This document shows positions 37,601 through 50,562 of a stretch of 64,000 nucleotides of DNA, in pieces. Each line of letters begins with the position of its first letter. Positions within the stretch are counted from its first letter, which is position 1. The stretch comes from Paecilomyces variotii (Eukaryota), in NCBI GenBank assembly GCA_004022145.1, contig RCNU01000013.1; one strand, given 5' to 3'. Under the pieces are notes generated by a model. It was not told the DNA's origin, did not search any database, and saw only the letters and a program-made list of their open reading frames with translations. A program made the translations under genes and the position numbers.

Positions 37601-38326
37601 GCTATTTGGGCTGAAGGTTATGGTTTAAAAAAAAAAAAGAAATAATAAAAAAAAATTGGATATGAGAAAAAAAAAAGGCGATCACATATTATTATTATTA
37701 TTATTATTATTTGACAGGTGTGCTGCCGCTTTGCAATTATTGTCATCTTCCATCTTCCGTCTTTCTTTCTTTCTTTCTTCCTTTCCATTTCCTTACTTCT
37801 TATAGGAAGAAGTGGAGGTCTGTCAATCAATCCAATTGCCCTGCGGGGTTCCTATCGTTTTATTATTATTGCTGCTTTTTTAGTACCCGGGCAAGACCTT
37901 CGTCTGATCAGTTCTGAATTGTCTCTCCTACCCACACCCTCGTCGTAGTGGGATCCGCTCCCTTTTCTCAAAATAGCTGCTTGTCAACGGTTATCCAGCC
38001 CTGTGCCCTAACAAGTAGCATCGATCATTCTCTCCTTACTTACCATTATCACTACTACTACTCAAGCCTCAGACGCAAGCGTGTTTCTCCTTTTCCTCCC
38101 TCTGTTCTGGACCTCCCAATACACTACTAGCCTGGCGTGCGGAGTAGCAATCTCCTCGTCAGCATCATTATTATTCTCTCTTTTGCCTAGCTGCTATACT
38201 ACCTACTAGTCAATTCGGCGGACAAGTGTTTGGACTTAGGCCATGGTCTAAGGTCCTGGTCAGAAACCCCGGTCACTCGCATATCTACTATCCGGCAACA
38301 ATATCCCCGATCCTACAAGCAGTCGG

Positions 38327-40877
38327 ATGTCTAGTCCTTATCCTACATCGACGTCGTCGTCGTCGTCGTCGGTACCCAAGTTCACCGCTGGTGCATGGCA
38401 GGAGGATTCAGACCAGGAACAGAGACCCGCAACAATGGCTGCCAATGATGCCCTCGAGCACTCATGGCACACTCGTTCGCGATCCAGTGCGCAGTCACAG
38501 AGTCCCCGGCGACTTTCAGTCTTCAGCGGACGGTCGAGAAGCAATACGACCACGTCAACAACTACCTCTCTGATGTCCAACCGCCAGTCGCCGGCGTCGT
38601 CGATGACCTCTCTCGATGCATCGTCACTGCGTTCGCAGGAGGAGCGGTCTGGTTCTACTGCGGGACTCGAGAAGCAGGAGAGCACGTCCAAGTCGTTCTT
38701 TTCTCGGGGCAGCCGAATCATCAGACGGCAGGGAAGCAAGTTCAGCATATCGGCTACTCTCGATGAGGCGGACGAAACAGAGAAAGAAAAGGAGAAGGAG
38801 AAGGAGAAAGAGAAACAAAGAGTCAGCGAATTGTTCAGCAGGAAGTCGCGTCGAAGCGAATCTCGTGAGTATTCGGTCACCCTTCTTTTGGCGGGTGTAG
38901 GGAGATTGTTAACTCAATTGCCCAGATGAGCAAATCAAACGTATCATCTCAGACCCTTTTGACTTTCACCATCTTACCCATACCAACCCCGCTCAATTCC
39001 AAGCGATAGATAACGCCAGTAGGAATGAGTTAGTGACCGAGTTCTCTGCCATTCGTGCCTCGCAGAGGCCCGGAACCGAGCTCAAAGGTATCAGGGCGGA
39101 GGATATCCATTTCCGCAACTTTTCTGATGTCGACCTGTCCACTTATCGCCCGGAAGAGGGCGGCGAAGATTCCCAGTACGGCTCCGCTATGAGCCCTCCA
39201 GTGTCTCCTGGTACTTCACTTCCAACCAGCCCGGTGCGATCAACTCCGGAAGTATCTGCTCGCTTGGTAGATAACTTCTCTCGTCCGGTATCGAAACACC
39301 AGAAGGTCCCTTCGTACCCATCGATCGTGCCGCCACCTCGTGTCTCGTCCAGACTGGCACGTTCTCCCGACTTGACTGAAGGACCAACGCAAGCAGTTGA
39401 CGGGAATACGGGGTCGGTGTCGCCGCCAGCGCGCTCCCGAATGGGAAGTCTCGATGAGATCCTCGATCCTTCTGCCCGACTTGATGGAGGCAATGCAGTC
39501 ACTACACCCGACGAGTCTTTCGACCCGAACCGGAGCTCGTATTTTACGATGCAGCCTTCAGATCTGGAGGACGTACCGGAGGAGGAAGAGGCAACTTTCT
39601 GGCGCGACGGTTCGGACCATAGCTCTCGACCATCCACATCCCGATCTTTCGTCCACCAGGAGGACGAAGCATTGGCCGTAAGAGCTTCTGCTATGCCGAA
39701 ATCTCGAGACGGTCTGTCAATGTATATTGAAGATGATCTGGCCGCGGATTTGTCGGCTTCCCTAGGATCACCTACACTCCCGCAGAGCCTAGGTAATCTG
39801 AAGGAGTCACCCATTCCTCAAGCAGAAGATCTCAGCAGGGGAGTCGCTAGCAGGAGGCCTACCCTCGGCGAGGCCTTCTTTGACAATTGGGACGAAGATA
39901 TCGATTATTGCTATGAACATGCAGCTGAGTCTAACTGCAACTTCGACTGGCATCGCAGCTCCCTCGAGGAAGCGGACGGTCGAGATGCTGAGCTTCCACT
40001 TCAACACCCAGAGGCTACTAATAAGTCCTCAAAGAGGCAAGAAAAGGGTGCGCTAAATTCCCTTTATCTGGACCCGGCCGATCTTGCAACACCTGACCTT
40101 GAACCCGGATCTACACAGTCTCTGATGACGGCACATAGCGTGGTGACGCCCTCGACATCGGGGGATGCACTCGATTATCTCTCAGGCGGAAAGCACAACG
40201 TGCAGGGGGATTACTTTAGGGCAAGCCAGCTCTTACCGTCGCCCTTGGGAAAGGACATTTCGCAGGAAACGCTATATGAAGAGTACCTAACCGCTGATGG
40301 TGCATCGGACCGGCACTTTTCGTTCTGGTCCCAGAGGGGCTCGCAGTATTTGGAACAGCCCGTCTCTCCCCGGAGCAGCTGTTCTCCCATCAGCAAGTGC
40401 AACTCGCAGGAGAGCATGATCTTGTCTCGTGCAGCTTCAATTGTCCGCAAGCATCGTTCCTCCATCTCGACCATCAGTGTCCCTGAATTGGTGCCCAGCG
40501 CGAGCAGCAGTCGCGAGCATATGTCCCAGGACAGTTTTGGGTCCATCGAGCCTCCTAGTTATGCTGCTGGCGGCCCTGCCGCGGCACATACCCAGGGAGC
40601 CTCGTCCCCACGCCACCGTGCAACCAGAAGCTATGGCCTTGACCTTAGTGAGATGGCCCGCCAAACCTCAATGCCAGTGCAGCATAAGGGTAGATCCGTG
40701 TCGACGGTTGACGCCCACAGTGCTGCCGCCGCCGCGAGCATGATGAAGGAAGAGGGTCTACCCTTCGCGGCAAGAATGCAGTCGGCGGCTTTGAACAAGG
40801 CCATCGGCCAGAAGAAACAGAGGAGCTACTCCCTCTTTCCTACACCTGCGCCGGCATCACCGCGCTTTCGAAAGTGA
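38327..40877 (+). CDS. Ser-rich CRIB/PBD-motif protein, putative Cdc42/Rac effector; intron 38865-38925
   Basis: Splicing GTGAGT...CAG gives QIKRIISDPFDFHHLTHT (ISxPxxFxHxxH CRIB); conserved WDEDIDYCYEHAAESNCNFDW block. Confidence 0.75.
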
Positions 40878-41686
40878 TCTGTTTTGCGTACGGATCACAC
40901 CTGGAGTCCACCAGATCCGAATCACCTTCATTCATCATCTTTCACTCCTCATATCCATCATTCAGACACTCCCGGTATACTATATGACTTCACGAATTCC
41001 CTTTTAGCATTGCATCTGTGATTTTGCGTCATCCAACTTTTGGCGGTTGTGCACCATTTCTTTTCAGTCATCAATTGTGCTTTTCCTTCCTCTCTCTTTT
41101 CATCTCTCCTATCTTTTCTTGTCTTTAAAAGCAGAGAGTCACTCGGTTTCTTTTGTCCAGTATTTGCAAAAAGGTTGAAAAAGCGGGCTGTTGGAAACCC
41201 TCGCTTGTTTCCTTATTTCTTTATATACTTTCTGCATACATAGATTGGGGCGAATGGGCATGGAATAGGGTATTTCGCGAACTTCTCCCCGGTTGGCCGG
41301 CGGCACTTTGGAACTGTACTTGAAAGGAAGACAAAACATAAGAGTGGGAATCTGGCTGATTGGGGGAGTGTGGGTTGTTTTTTTACTTTGTGATTTAGCA
41401 TTAGACTCGACCAGAGTTGGTTATAATAAGCTGTCGCGCTGTCTTTGACAAGATCTCTGTGCATTTTCTAAGCTCTGGAGATATCATTCATCCATTATCA
41501 CAGATGGTCAACCTAAGAAGCTCAGAATAATCCCCGATCCACGGATTCCGCCGGGACCGGATATTCAGATGATCCGGCGGAGTCATAGGCATTGGCAGAA
41601 ATAGACTTCCCCGCGGCACCATACTCTTTTTTTGGTTGCCCCTCGTTTTTGATATCTCTGTTAAGAAGTGTTAACAGGCTTGCACA

Positions 41687-43133
41687 ATGGACGCATCCGC
41701 ACAGGCAAGATTCGATCTCATACGCGAAAACCTCGCGGAGATCATCAACCCGGAGTTGGTGGAGAGCGTCCTCGCGGAGGGGCGCAATCCGCGTGTCTAC
41801 TGGGGTTAGTCAATGACACACCAGCAGCCCTCATTATTCCCAGACTAACATGATGATACCTGTTGTTGATTAGGCACGGCCACGACGGGAAAACCTCATA
41901 CGGGATATTTCACACCGGCACTTAAGATTGCGCAGCTATTGGCTGCGGGATGTGAGGTTGTGATTCTGCTTGCGGACGTCCATGCGTTCCTGGACTCGTT
42001 GAAGGCGCCGTTGGAGTTGGTGGAGAACCGTGTCAAGTATTATGAGAAGGTCATCAGAGCAATCCTGGAGGCAGTTGGCGTGTCGACAGAGAAGCTCGAG
42101 TTCGTGCTGGGCAGTTCATACCAGACGAGTCCTAAGTACACGATGGATTTATACCGCCTATCAGCCTTGACTTCTGAGCACGACGCTAGGAAGAGTGGCG
42201 CTGAAATTGTCAAGCAGTCCACTAATGCTCCATTGAGTGGCCTTCTCTACCCTCTCCTCCAGGTTCTCGATGAGGAGTATCTCAATGTGGATGCTGAGCT
42301 AGGAGGTGCGCTTCCGCAGAATTCCTACCTATTCTATACTTCATCTAACAATAGACAGGTGTCGACCAGAGGAAGCTTTTCGTGGCGGCGACGGAGTGGC
42401 TACCTAAGCTCGGATATCGAAAGGTAAGACCGGTCTCGATCAAGCTAGTATCTTGAACAACGAGCTAAACCAAAGGCATAGCGCGCACATCTTGTCACGC
42501 CCATGGTTGCGGGTCTTAGTGGAGGTAAAATGAGTTCCAGTGATGAAGGTAGAAGACTCTCTCTCTCTCTTTTTTCCTCTCCCCAGAACAGCCACTAAAG
42601 TCCAACAGATAGCAAGATTGATCTCCTTGACCCGCCTGAGGTTGTCGCTAAGAAGATCCGCAAATCCCAAGCGGCTCCGAAAATTGTCGAAAACAATGGC
42701 ATTATTGCACTCGTCGAATTTGTCTTACTTCCTGCAGCCGCCCTTGCTGGAAAGAGAGAATTCCGTGTGGAACGCCGGGATGCCGAACCCTTGATTTACA
42801 CCGATATTCAGAAGCTCAAGGATGATTATTCGAATGACATTGTAAGTCCATTTCTTGATTCTGAACTAATTCCGGTTCTCAAAACGGCATACTAACTGAG
42901 GTATTTACTAGTTAACACCACAAACCCTGAAGCCTGCTGTTGCAGATGCCCTGACCCGTCTCATGGCACCTATCCACGAAGCCTACCAAGCGTCCCCCGA
43001 GTGGCAAGAGATTACTCTCAAGGCTTACCCGCCTCCAGTGGCGCAGAAGAAGCAGAAGAAGGTCAAGGACAAGGGTTCTCGCTACCCAGGAGCTAACAAG
43101 GAACAAGAGATTCCAGAGCACCCGAAGCCTTAG
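41687..43133 (+). CDS. TYS1: Cytosolic tyrosyl-tRNA synthetase, 5 introns
   Basis: YWG|TATTGKPHTGY (HIGH-like), LLADVHAFLD, LLYPLLQVLDEEYL, GGVDQRKLF, GGKMSSS. Confidence 0.92.
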
Positions 43134-43697
43134 GCTTACCTATGAACAGCATGCTCTATATGAGGATCGCCGATAGCTCTCCAAAGTGAAGGCGAAACTC
43201 GCCGGTCCCGTTGTCGCGTGACCTCAGAAATAGAATATCCAAAAATTCATCGCAGATACCCTGTTGGGCAATTTCCAGCGAATCGACCACTAGTTGACTG
43301 CATCCTATGGCTTATTATGGAAGGACACTGAACAGTCGCATATAGCAATAAAAAAATAACATTGATAGATTATTCAAATCATACATACCAGTAAGCAATT
43401 GACAGCTAGCTTAATGACTGTATTATTATTATATTATTCTATATTAAACAACTTTAAAGAACGGGGGTTCCTAGTACTGGCGCACCAGCCAATCAGATAA
43501 CAGCAGACGCCGCCACAACTCAACTCCGTCTTTAAACTTGTCAGCCTCCATACTTACTTCATCCACTCGACCTCTCTCTATCCTATTTTTCCATGTCTAT
43601 CTGACCTGTCGCTATATCTAGGGGTTCTCCTCTCTCGTCGCTTCTCGACGCTTTGCGTTCTTCCTTTTCTTTCCTTTCCTGTTCATTCCAAATTACC

Positions 43698-45089
43698 ATG
43701 GCGTCGTCAACGCCCTCTTCCCAGCAGGTGTTAATCAAACGCCAATCCGACAATGCATTAATGCCGCCCCCTCCCCCGCCCAAACGGATCAAGAGACCAG
43801 CTACCGTCCTCGACGAAGATACCTATACCGATGCGCTCTCGCACATCATCGCTCGCGACTTCTTCCCGGGCTTACTCGAAACGCAAACGAAGCAAGAATA
43901 CCTCGACGCCCTCGAGTCGAAGGATAAAGAATGGATAGCAAGCGCAGGCAAGAGACTATCTGAAGTTATGACGCCCGGTCGTAGCGCGAGGGGTCGACGC
44001 GGCGTGAGCATGACTCCGATGACTCCCGCAGGAGGAAGGCCGGGCGACACACCTGCTGGATGGGGAGGCGATACGCCCATGTCTGTTGTGTCGAGCGCAT
44101 CGACTGCGCAGACGGAGGGTACGAGGAAAGACATGCCTGATGTGTCGAATATGGGACTTGGTGCCTTCCAGGCGAAATATACAAGTGAGGATAACGAGTC
44201 GTTTTACCAGTTGTTGGATAGACAGAATACGAAGCGGAGGGAGAATTACGCGTGGATGTGGAGTGGGAATAAGATTCCGACTGCGAGGCAGATTGCGCAT
44301 CGGAAGCGAGAGGAGAAGAAGTTGATCGAGCAGGGGCGGAATCCGGATAATAATGATAAGCAACTGGTGGCCATCACGACGGATATGGACGCCAGGCCAG
44401 CTAAGCCTGATGCGTGGAAATCTAGCGCGGAAAACTCGCTCATGTTCACTCCCTCCGGCGTGGAGGATACGCATGAGACCGTCCAGCAGAAAGCAGAGGC
44501 TGCGTCTCGCGCGGGACCGAGACAGGTCGTATACGATAATACTCGACTCCGTCCTGAATCCAACGAGGCTGCAGCAGTGCCTCCATCTCCATCCATATCT
44601 GCCATCAAAGACGCCATCGCAGGACGACCACGTCGTACGGACTCTGAACCCGGCTTCACGGGCGGCGAAACACCCCGAGTAAACGGCTACACGTTCGTCG
44701 ACGAAGACGAGCCCGAACCCGAAATCGACCAGTCTCACTACCTCAAACTCCTCACCTCAACCACCAGCAGCGACTCAACCCCCAACCCCTTCCAGATCAA
44801 AGAGAACCGCAAACGCGAAGAACTCCATCACCGCATGGTCGAGAGCGCCGCACGCACCAAACGCGCCGAGAAAACAGCTCGCGAAATCAAGACCCCTGTC
44901 CCTAGATTCCCGAGTAGTCCGATGTTCACCTCTGGACGAACGCCTAGCGGGGGAAGTACGCCGGGAAAGACATTGACGCCTGCAGCGCAGAAATTGTTAC
45001 AGAGAGTAGGTAGCACGCCTAGAGGGTCTTCTTTTACGTCGTCGTCCGGGTTGAGGAATATGTGGACCCCGACTCCGAAGAGGAAGTGA
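43698..45089 (+). CDS. Nuclear ES2/DGCR14 (Bis1-like) spliceosome-associated protein
   Basis: VLDEDTY...IIARDFFPGL, KYTSEDNESF, TPRVNGYTFV and LTPAAQKL motifs. Confidence 0.85.
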   Translation: MASSTPSSQQVLIKRQSDNALMPPPPPPKRIKRPATVLDEDTYTDALSHIIARDFFPGLLETQTKQEYLDALESKDKEWIASAGKRLSEVMTPGRSARGRRGVSMTPMTPAGGRPGDTPAGWGGDTPMSVVSSASTAQTEGTRKDMPDVSNMGLGAFQAKYTSEDNESFYQLLDRQNTKRRENYAWMWSGNKIPTARQIAHRKREEKKLIEQGRNPDNNDKQLVAITTDMDARPAKPDAWKSSAENSLMFTPSGVEDTHETVQQKAEAASRAGPRQVVYDNTRLRPESNEAAAVPPSPSISAIKDAIAGRPRRTDSEPGFTGGETPRVNGYTFVDEDEPEPEIDQSHYLKLLTSTTSSDSTPNPFQIKENRKREELHHRMVESAARTKRAEKTAREIKTPVPRFPSSPMFTSGRTPSGGSTPGKTLTPAAQKLLQRVGSTPRGSSFTSSSGLRNMWTPTPKRK

Positions 45090-45709
45090 AGTGGATTTCA
45101 CTTTGTAAAAATGTTTTCTGGTGTTCAGTTAGGATTGATTGGTTGGGGAGTATAATGGTTTGCTTTTCAGAATATTCTATTTTTATGATTTGCTGGTTGG
45201 TTGATTGGATGGTTGGATGGATGGGATACGAATTATGATACCCCCTTTTTCTTTTCCTTTTATTTGTTTCTTCTTGTATCGTTTATTATTAAAGAAGAAG
45301 GATAGATATCTCCTGAGATATTACAGATTAAGACTCGTTGTGGAATAGGAAAATCTGAAACTTTACATTCACAACCTCAACATGAAATATATTCAGGTAC
45401 AAGCACCGAGGTTTACACTCTCACTTTATATAATATAGTTCGTTCTATTTCATTTTCACATATGCACGATGATATCTATCGTCCTAGACAAGGGGAAAGC
45501 ACACGTAACAGTAGGTATTTATTCAATGTCAGAAGGGACAAGAAGGAACAAAAAAAGAACATGACATGGTATGATATCCGCTAGATAGCTAAAAGAGAAA
45601 AAAAAGGGGGGGCGCAATGATAATAATAACTAATTTACTCATGAACCGTCTCTTTCCCCATTCCCCAACTCAAGGAAAAGAAAAAATACAGAAAAAAAAA
45701 ATAAATTCT

Positions 45710-47679
45710 TCACACAAACGCCCAAATGACAGTCCAGAAAATAGCCACAGTATAATAAAGAGAAACCAAGGCCTGAGAGCGGAAACTCCAAGAGTTATTG
45801 AGATAGTACGCTGCGCCGAGATAGCTGCATGTGATATCTCCGTTCGGGTCGCGGTAGCCGTAGGAGGCATTCAGGGCTCGGCCTACTGGACAAGAGAATT
45901 GCAGGTTGGAGGGACAGGACCGGACGAGGTCCCAGCAGAGGTCCTGGCAGGGTAGGACCTCTTTGTAGGGACCTGGTCGGATTTGGCTGTCGATTAAAGG
46001 ATTGCGGGATCGACTCTCCACTGGCGATTGCACGAGAGGGCTGTCGCTGGGGATTTGGGTGCCGTTGAGGAAGGGCTGGGCTGCGTTTCGGACGCGTAGG
46101 AAACTTGCGTCGTTTGAGAAATCGGCACATCGGGGGATGGTGACTGAGCAGAGCCATTGTTTGTAGGCTGCAGCGCAGTCGTCGCAGCCGACGGCGAGTG
46201 AGTATGCTGAGTCGGCAGAGGCGTTGCACTGGATCTGCTGTAGAGAATAGGAGAAGTTCTTGTACAGGGAGGCAGCGTAGCTGTCGTAGATGTCGGTGAG
46301 TTCAGCGACATTGAGTGATGGGTTGGAGGGGACGGCATAGGCGACCTCTGAGCAGAATGAGAGGTTGAACAAAACAGCGCAGTTGTCATCTATCAGACGG
46401 TCAGTGAGGTTCGACAATATAGACGCATGATCGAGGAGTACATGCCTGCTTTGGTGGAGAAGTTCATTGGCCGCCAGACCTTTCCTCCTCCGCCGATGAT
46501 CCCGTTTCCTGAACTGGTCGAATTGCCATCCATAGCAAGGATACCATAGTATGTCGAACTGCGATTCAGACCGGTGATGTAGAACTGCTCTTTCGGCTTA
46601 TTTCCCAAGCCTCTGTTCGTCATTCCCACCTCGACGTTGTTGCTGCTCTTCCTGATCTGCGCAAATTGATCCAGCGCACAGTACGACTTTTGCATACCAA
46701 TTATAGACGTGTCGTTGGTGTTGCTCGCAAAGACTGTATACGGCGGAGTGATGTTCATCCATTGCTTGTAATTCTCAGAATCCGACGCTGACTCGGTAAC
46801 GTTATTCGTCACAAGAAGGGCGGCACTGATATCGCCATCGACGAAGTAAAGAAAGGGATCATCCTCCACGACACTGTGGAAATAGGCATCGATGGACGCA
46901 GCGATTTCGTACGTATATATTCCAGAATACCCCGTCGCATTGGGTGCCGACACAGAGAGGTAAACGTCCCCGTCAGCCTGCATAGCGACTCCCATGTATC
47001 CACCGTCCGCATCGTATTGAACCTGGCTCGAATTATCGACTGAAGGCCCCGGTTTCTGCAGCGATTCGGATCGGGAGATGTAAACCTGGAGCTGGGGCGG
47101 CGTGTATCCGCTGTCAGGATCGCTCTTGTTACCACTGGGTTGTGAGCAGGTGGTCATCGAGATATACACCGTCGTTGACCGTTTGTCAAGTTCGTCATCG
47201 CGCCGTTTCAATTCACGGAGGTCGACCTGGTCACTATCATCGTTTGGAGCCGGTTCGAATGGGGGAAGCCCTTTCGGCTTTGGAGACTTTGGGCCAGCCA
47301 CAGCCTCCTTTGGAAAGACGAAGTATTGTGTTTCTCCTTGGTTGATATTGTTTTGTTTGAACTGATTGTTCCCCAGAGCAGTGACTCCCTGAGGGGCCCT
47401 CCGAACTATGGCCAGCTGCGGTGCTTCATCTTCCTCCAAGACGTCGTCGAAGTCGTCCAGCTCAAGCCATATCCTTTCCTCCCCAATCCCATCGGACAAC
47501 GAGCCTATCGAGATCGGATAGTTGTGGTCTGTCTCTGCGATAGAAGAGGAGATGTCGGCGGCATATGCGAAGCGGGGACTGGAGAAGATTAGATAGAGGA
47601 GGACGAGGAAGAGAGTGGCGGTAAAGGTCGCAGCAAACCGAGACTGCAGCGGGGTGAGCCTGGGGAATTGCATCCCCAT
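45710..47679 (-). CDS. MID1: Calcium-channel regulatory subunit Mid1; GC-AG intron 46445-46390
   Basis: N-terminal hydrophobic segment, many N-glycosylation sequons, Cys-rich C-terminus (FCSEVAYAVP, C..AYKQWLCSVTIPRC, SRNPLID, YKEVLPC...FSCP). Confidence 0.92.
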
Positions 47680-48528
47680 CGAGGATGTAGGGCGTCAGTA
47701 TCAACCGGGGCGAGGCTGAAGATCAACGTCGTGGACAACCTGGTGCTCGGAATCCGGGGTGAAGCGTTGGCACGTGGAAGGGGAGCTGTCCCCAGACGCA
47801 GATGAGTGATTGCAGTGTTGCTCAATTTGAGATCCAACTGCTTATTTTCACTTTTGCAGCAGGGACTGCAGAGGAGGCCAACAGAGAGATAAAGAGCGCC
47901 AGGGCCATTTGCAGTCTGAGGCGCTTCACATACGTTGGAAGTCTAGAAAACGATCGCCTCCCATCTCCGACCTCCGTCTCATCAGAACTGCGCCACAGCC
48001 AATGGTGCTTGAACAACGATGAAAGGGGTCCACTTTCTTAAGATTCAAATTACTCTAGAAACGATATTCATGCGAAAGGGACATCTCCAATTCCAATGGT
48101 GTTCTTACTTGACGCGCAAAGTTGTCTGAATTTGCTGTTGTACAGAAGTAGATTCGACGCGACGTCTGTCAGCACCTCACGCGGTGAATCCACGAGTTGA
48201 TTCCAGCATGGGAAAGTTCCTTGTAAAACTACTGGAAATGCTAATAATTACACCCTGCATTCAAACCAATCTTGAACTGCATTGATTTTGCCTGGTATGT
48301 CTGACCGAGTCGACTATGCATTGGCAATGTATATATATGGAGAGTATGTATTGACACAGAACAGTACAGTACAGTAATCAGACGCCTAAACATCATGCAA
48401 GGGTGAGAGAAGTTGAACTTCCCGACGGACAAAAGAAAGAATCCAATTGATATATAAGAGCAGACATCCAAACAGAGCGGAAGAAGCAGCAAATACTTGT
48501 AATCGCGTTGCTGAGTGCTGCCATGTAG

Positions 48529-50562
48529 TCACATCAGCTTGAGCCATCGAGCAGCAATGGTGCTGACGACGACAATGAGTCCAAGGATGCCAACAATACC
48601 AAAGAACCAGCCAAGATTCTCGCTGTCTCTGCCGGGGACAGGAACGTTCATGCCCCACAGACCACAGATGAGATTCATCGGGACAAGCATGGTAGCAATC
48701 AGCGTGACTTTGCTCAGCACCTTGTTGACATGGTTTCCCAGGACAAGATTGGTGACGTTCAGCTGCGCGAGGTAGTTGGCGTGTGAACGGCTGAGCATCT
48801 TCTCGAAGTGACCCAGGTTGGACATCATGGTCACGACGTGATCCTGAATATCGCCCAGATACAGACCGATATCACCACGGGGAGTGACCGAGTACTGCTC
48901 ATTGCAGCGCTTAGAGAAACCCCTGATGACATCGGCTTTGCCGCCAAGGAGACGCATCAGGCTCATCACCTTCTTTCGCAGTTCGCCGATGCGGGGCAGG
49001 AATGATTCGAAATCATCGACACGGGCGACAAAGACGTGGTCTTCAATGGCTTCCGATTCGATTTCCACTTCCCGGATGACAGGGCCGAAGCTGTCAACAA
49101 TGTCATCACTGGATATGGTTAGTATACTATTCAGCAACCATAGGTCTGATTTGCACAACTTGCACACTTACATCATGGCATAACAGATCCAGTCACTACT
49201 GAGAGACACATAGTCGCGCAGCTTTCCAATTCGCTTTCGGACGTTGGCGGCGTGAGGATTTTCCGTGAAGGAGAACGTGATCACTCCATCGCGAAAGACC
49301 ACCATGTAAAGGTTGACTGGCTCCAGGTAATCCTCACTGGTCTTGTCCACCTGGTAGAAGGTACGGAAACAGACGAAATAGTACTGTTTGAATAGCTCGA
49401 CCTTCTCACGGGCTTCCTGGGTCACGATATCTTCCGCCGTCAAAGGATGGATGGAAAAGGCGCGAGAGAGGGCACCAACTTCGGCCTCGGTGGGATTAAG
49501 AACATCTAGCCACCAGACACCTCCCTCCGGGCCCAACTGGAAGAGGTCCCGGAAGGTGTCTCCTGGCAGGACCAGGTCACCCAGTTCCGAGGCGTGCACT
49601 GTGCTCTGAGACTCGGACGAGAAGAAGCTGAAGCGGTTTGGTCCGTTTTCATTCTGCAGTTTCTCAAGCAGGTCCTTGTCATCCATACCCTTGCTGGGTA
49701 TGTCCTCAAGCTTCTCGTCGAGAGGCCCAATGGCCTCTGAAGATGACCGCTCCGGACCCCAGGACTGTGTCACTATCTTCGGAAGATCGGGCTTGAAAGT
49801 ATTGGGCCTGAGATCGTGGAAGACCCGATAGGTCCTGCTCTGGGAACTCAGACTGTGTTTTCGACTGCTCGTGATCGGTTTCGCCTTCTTGTTGAGAGCG
49901 ACGAACTCCTCCAGCTCCTCGTAATCAATGACCGGAATTCTGCCAGGCTGCTCGTACGGAGTGACGCAGGCATTCTCCGGTATTTCCAGCCTGACATCCC
50001 CCTGTTCCGGTCTGATCACGCTTGCATTGCTGAAGGTCGGACGGCGACCATGGCTGCCTCCAGACACGGTCCGCTGCAGGATAGCTTCCACGTCGACAGT
50101 GGCATGGCTCTCCAGAGTGTTGGCGCGCTCGCGGCGACGCGGATCGGCGAAGGCGTCGACGGAATTGGGTGGTGAGGACGATCTGCTCGAAGGCGACGAT
50201 TCTCGGGACCGCGTCGGAGGTTCCTGCTGATTCCGACTCCATCTACGAGCTGCCAGAAGAGGCGACGCACGGTCGATCGAGATGCGCCCATCGACGTCCC
50301 GGCACGACTTGTCATCGTCCACAACCGCATGCTCAAAATCGCGAGAGATGGAGCCCGCCGTTCGAATAGCTTCATTGACGTTTAGCAGATCGGGACGCTC
50401 TGGCGCGTCCGTTGCACATGCCGGCTGCGTGGTATTCTGTGGGGTCTCCGCACCGACGTCTGCTGCGGTTGAAGGATCGAGTTGAAAACGGTGGTCATCC
50501 AACTCGGGCACCGGAGTGCTGAACCGAGTCAGGCACTTGGACGATCTCGGTGATTCCGACAT
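48529..50562 (-). CDS. CorA-family Mg2+ transporter (Alr1/Mnr2-like); intron 49171-49109
   Basis: WWLDV, IHPLTAEDI, REKVELF, YLGDIQDH, GLWGMNV (GMN motif) and two C-terminal TM helices. Confidence 0.9.

Noticed and set aside
31982-38130. Many 60-113 aa ORFs in the long intergenic region
   Set aside because: Low complexity, mostly non-ATG starts, no motifs or codon bias
41687-43133. HTGY in place of HIGH in TyrRS as a sign of a divergent paralogue
   Set aside because: Eukaryotic cytosolic TyrRS normally has HxGY/HxAY; the other motifs are canonical
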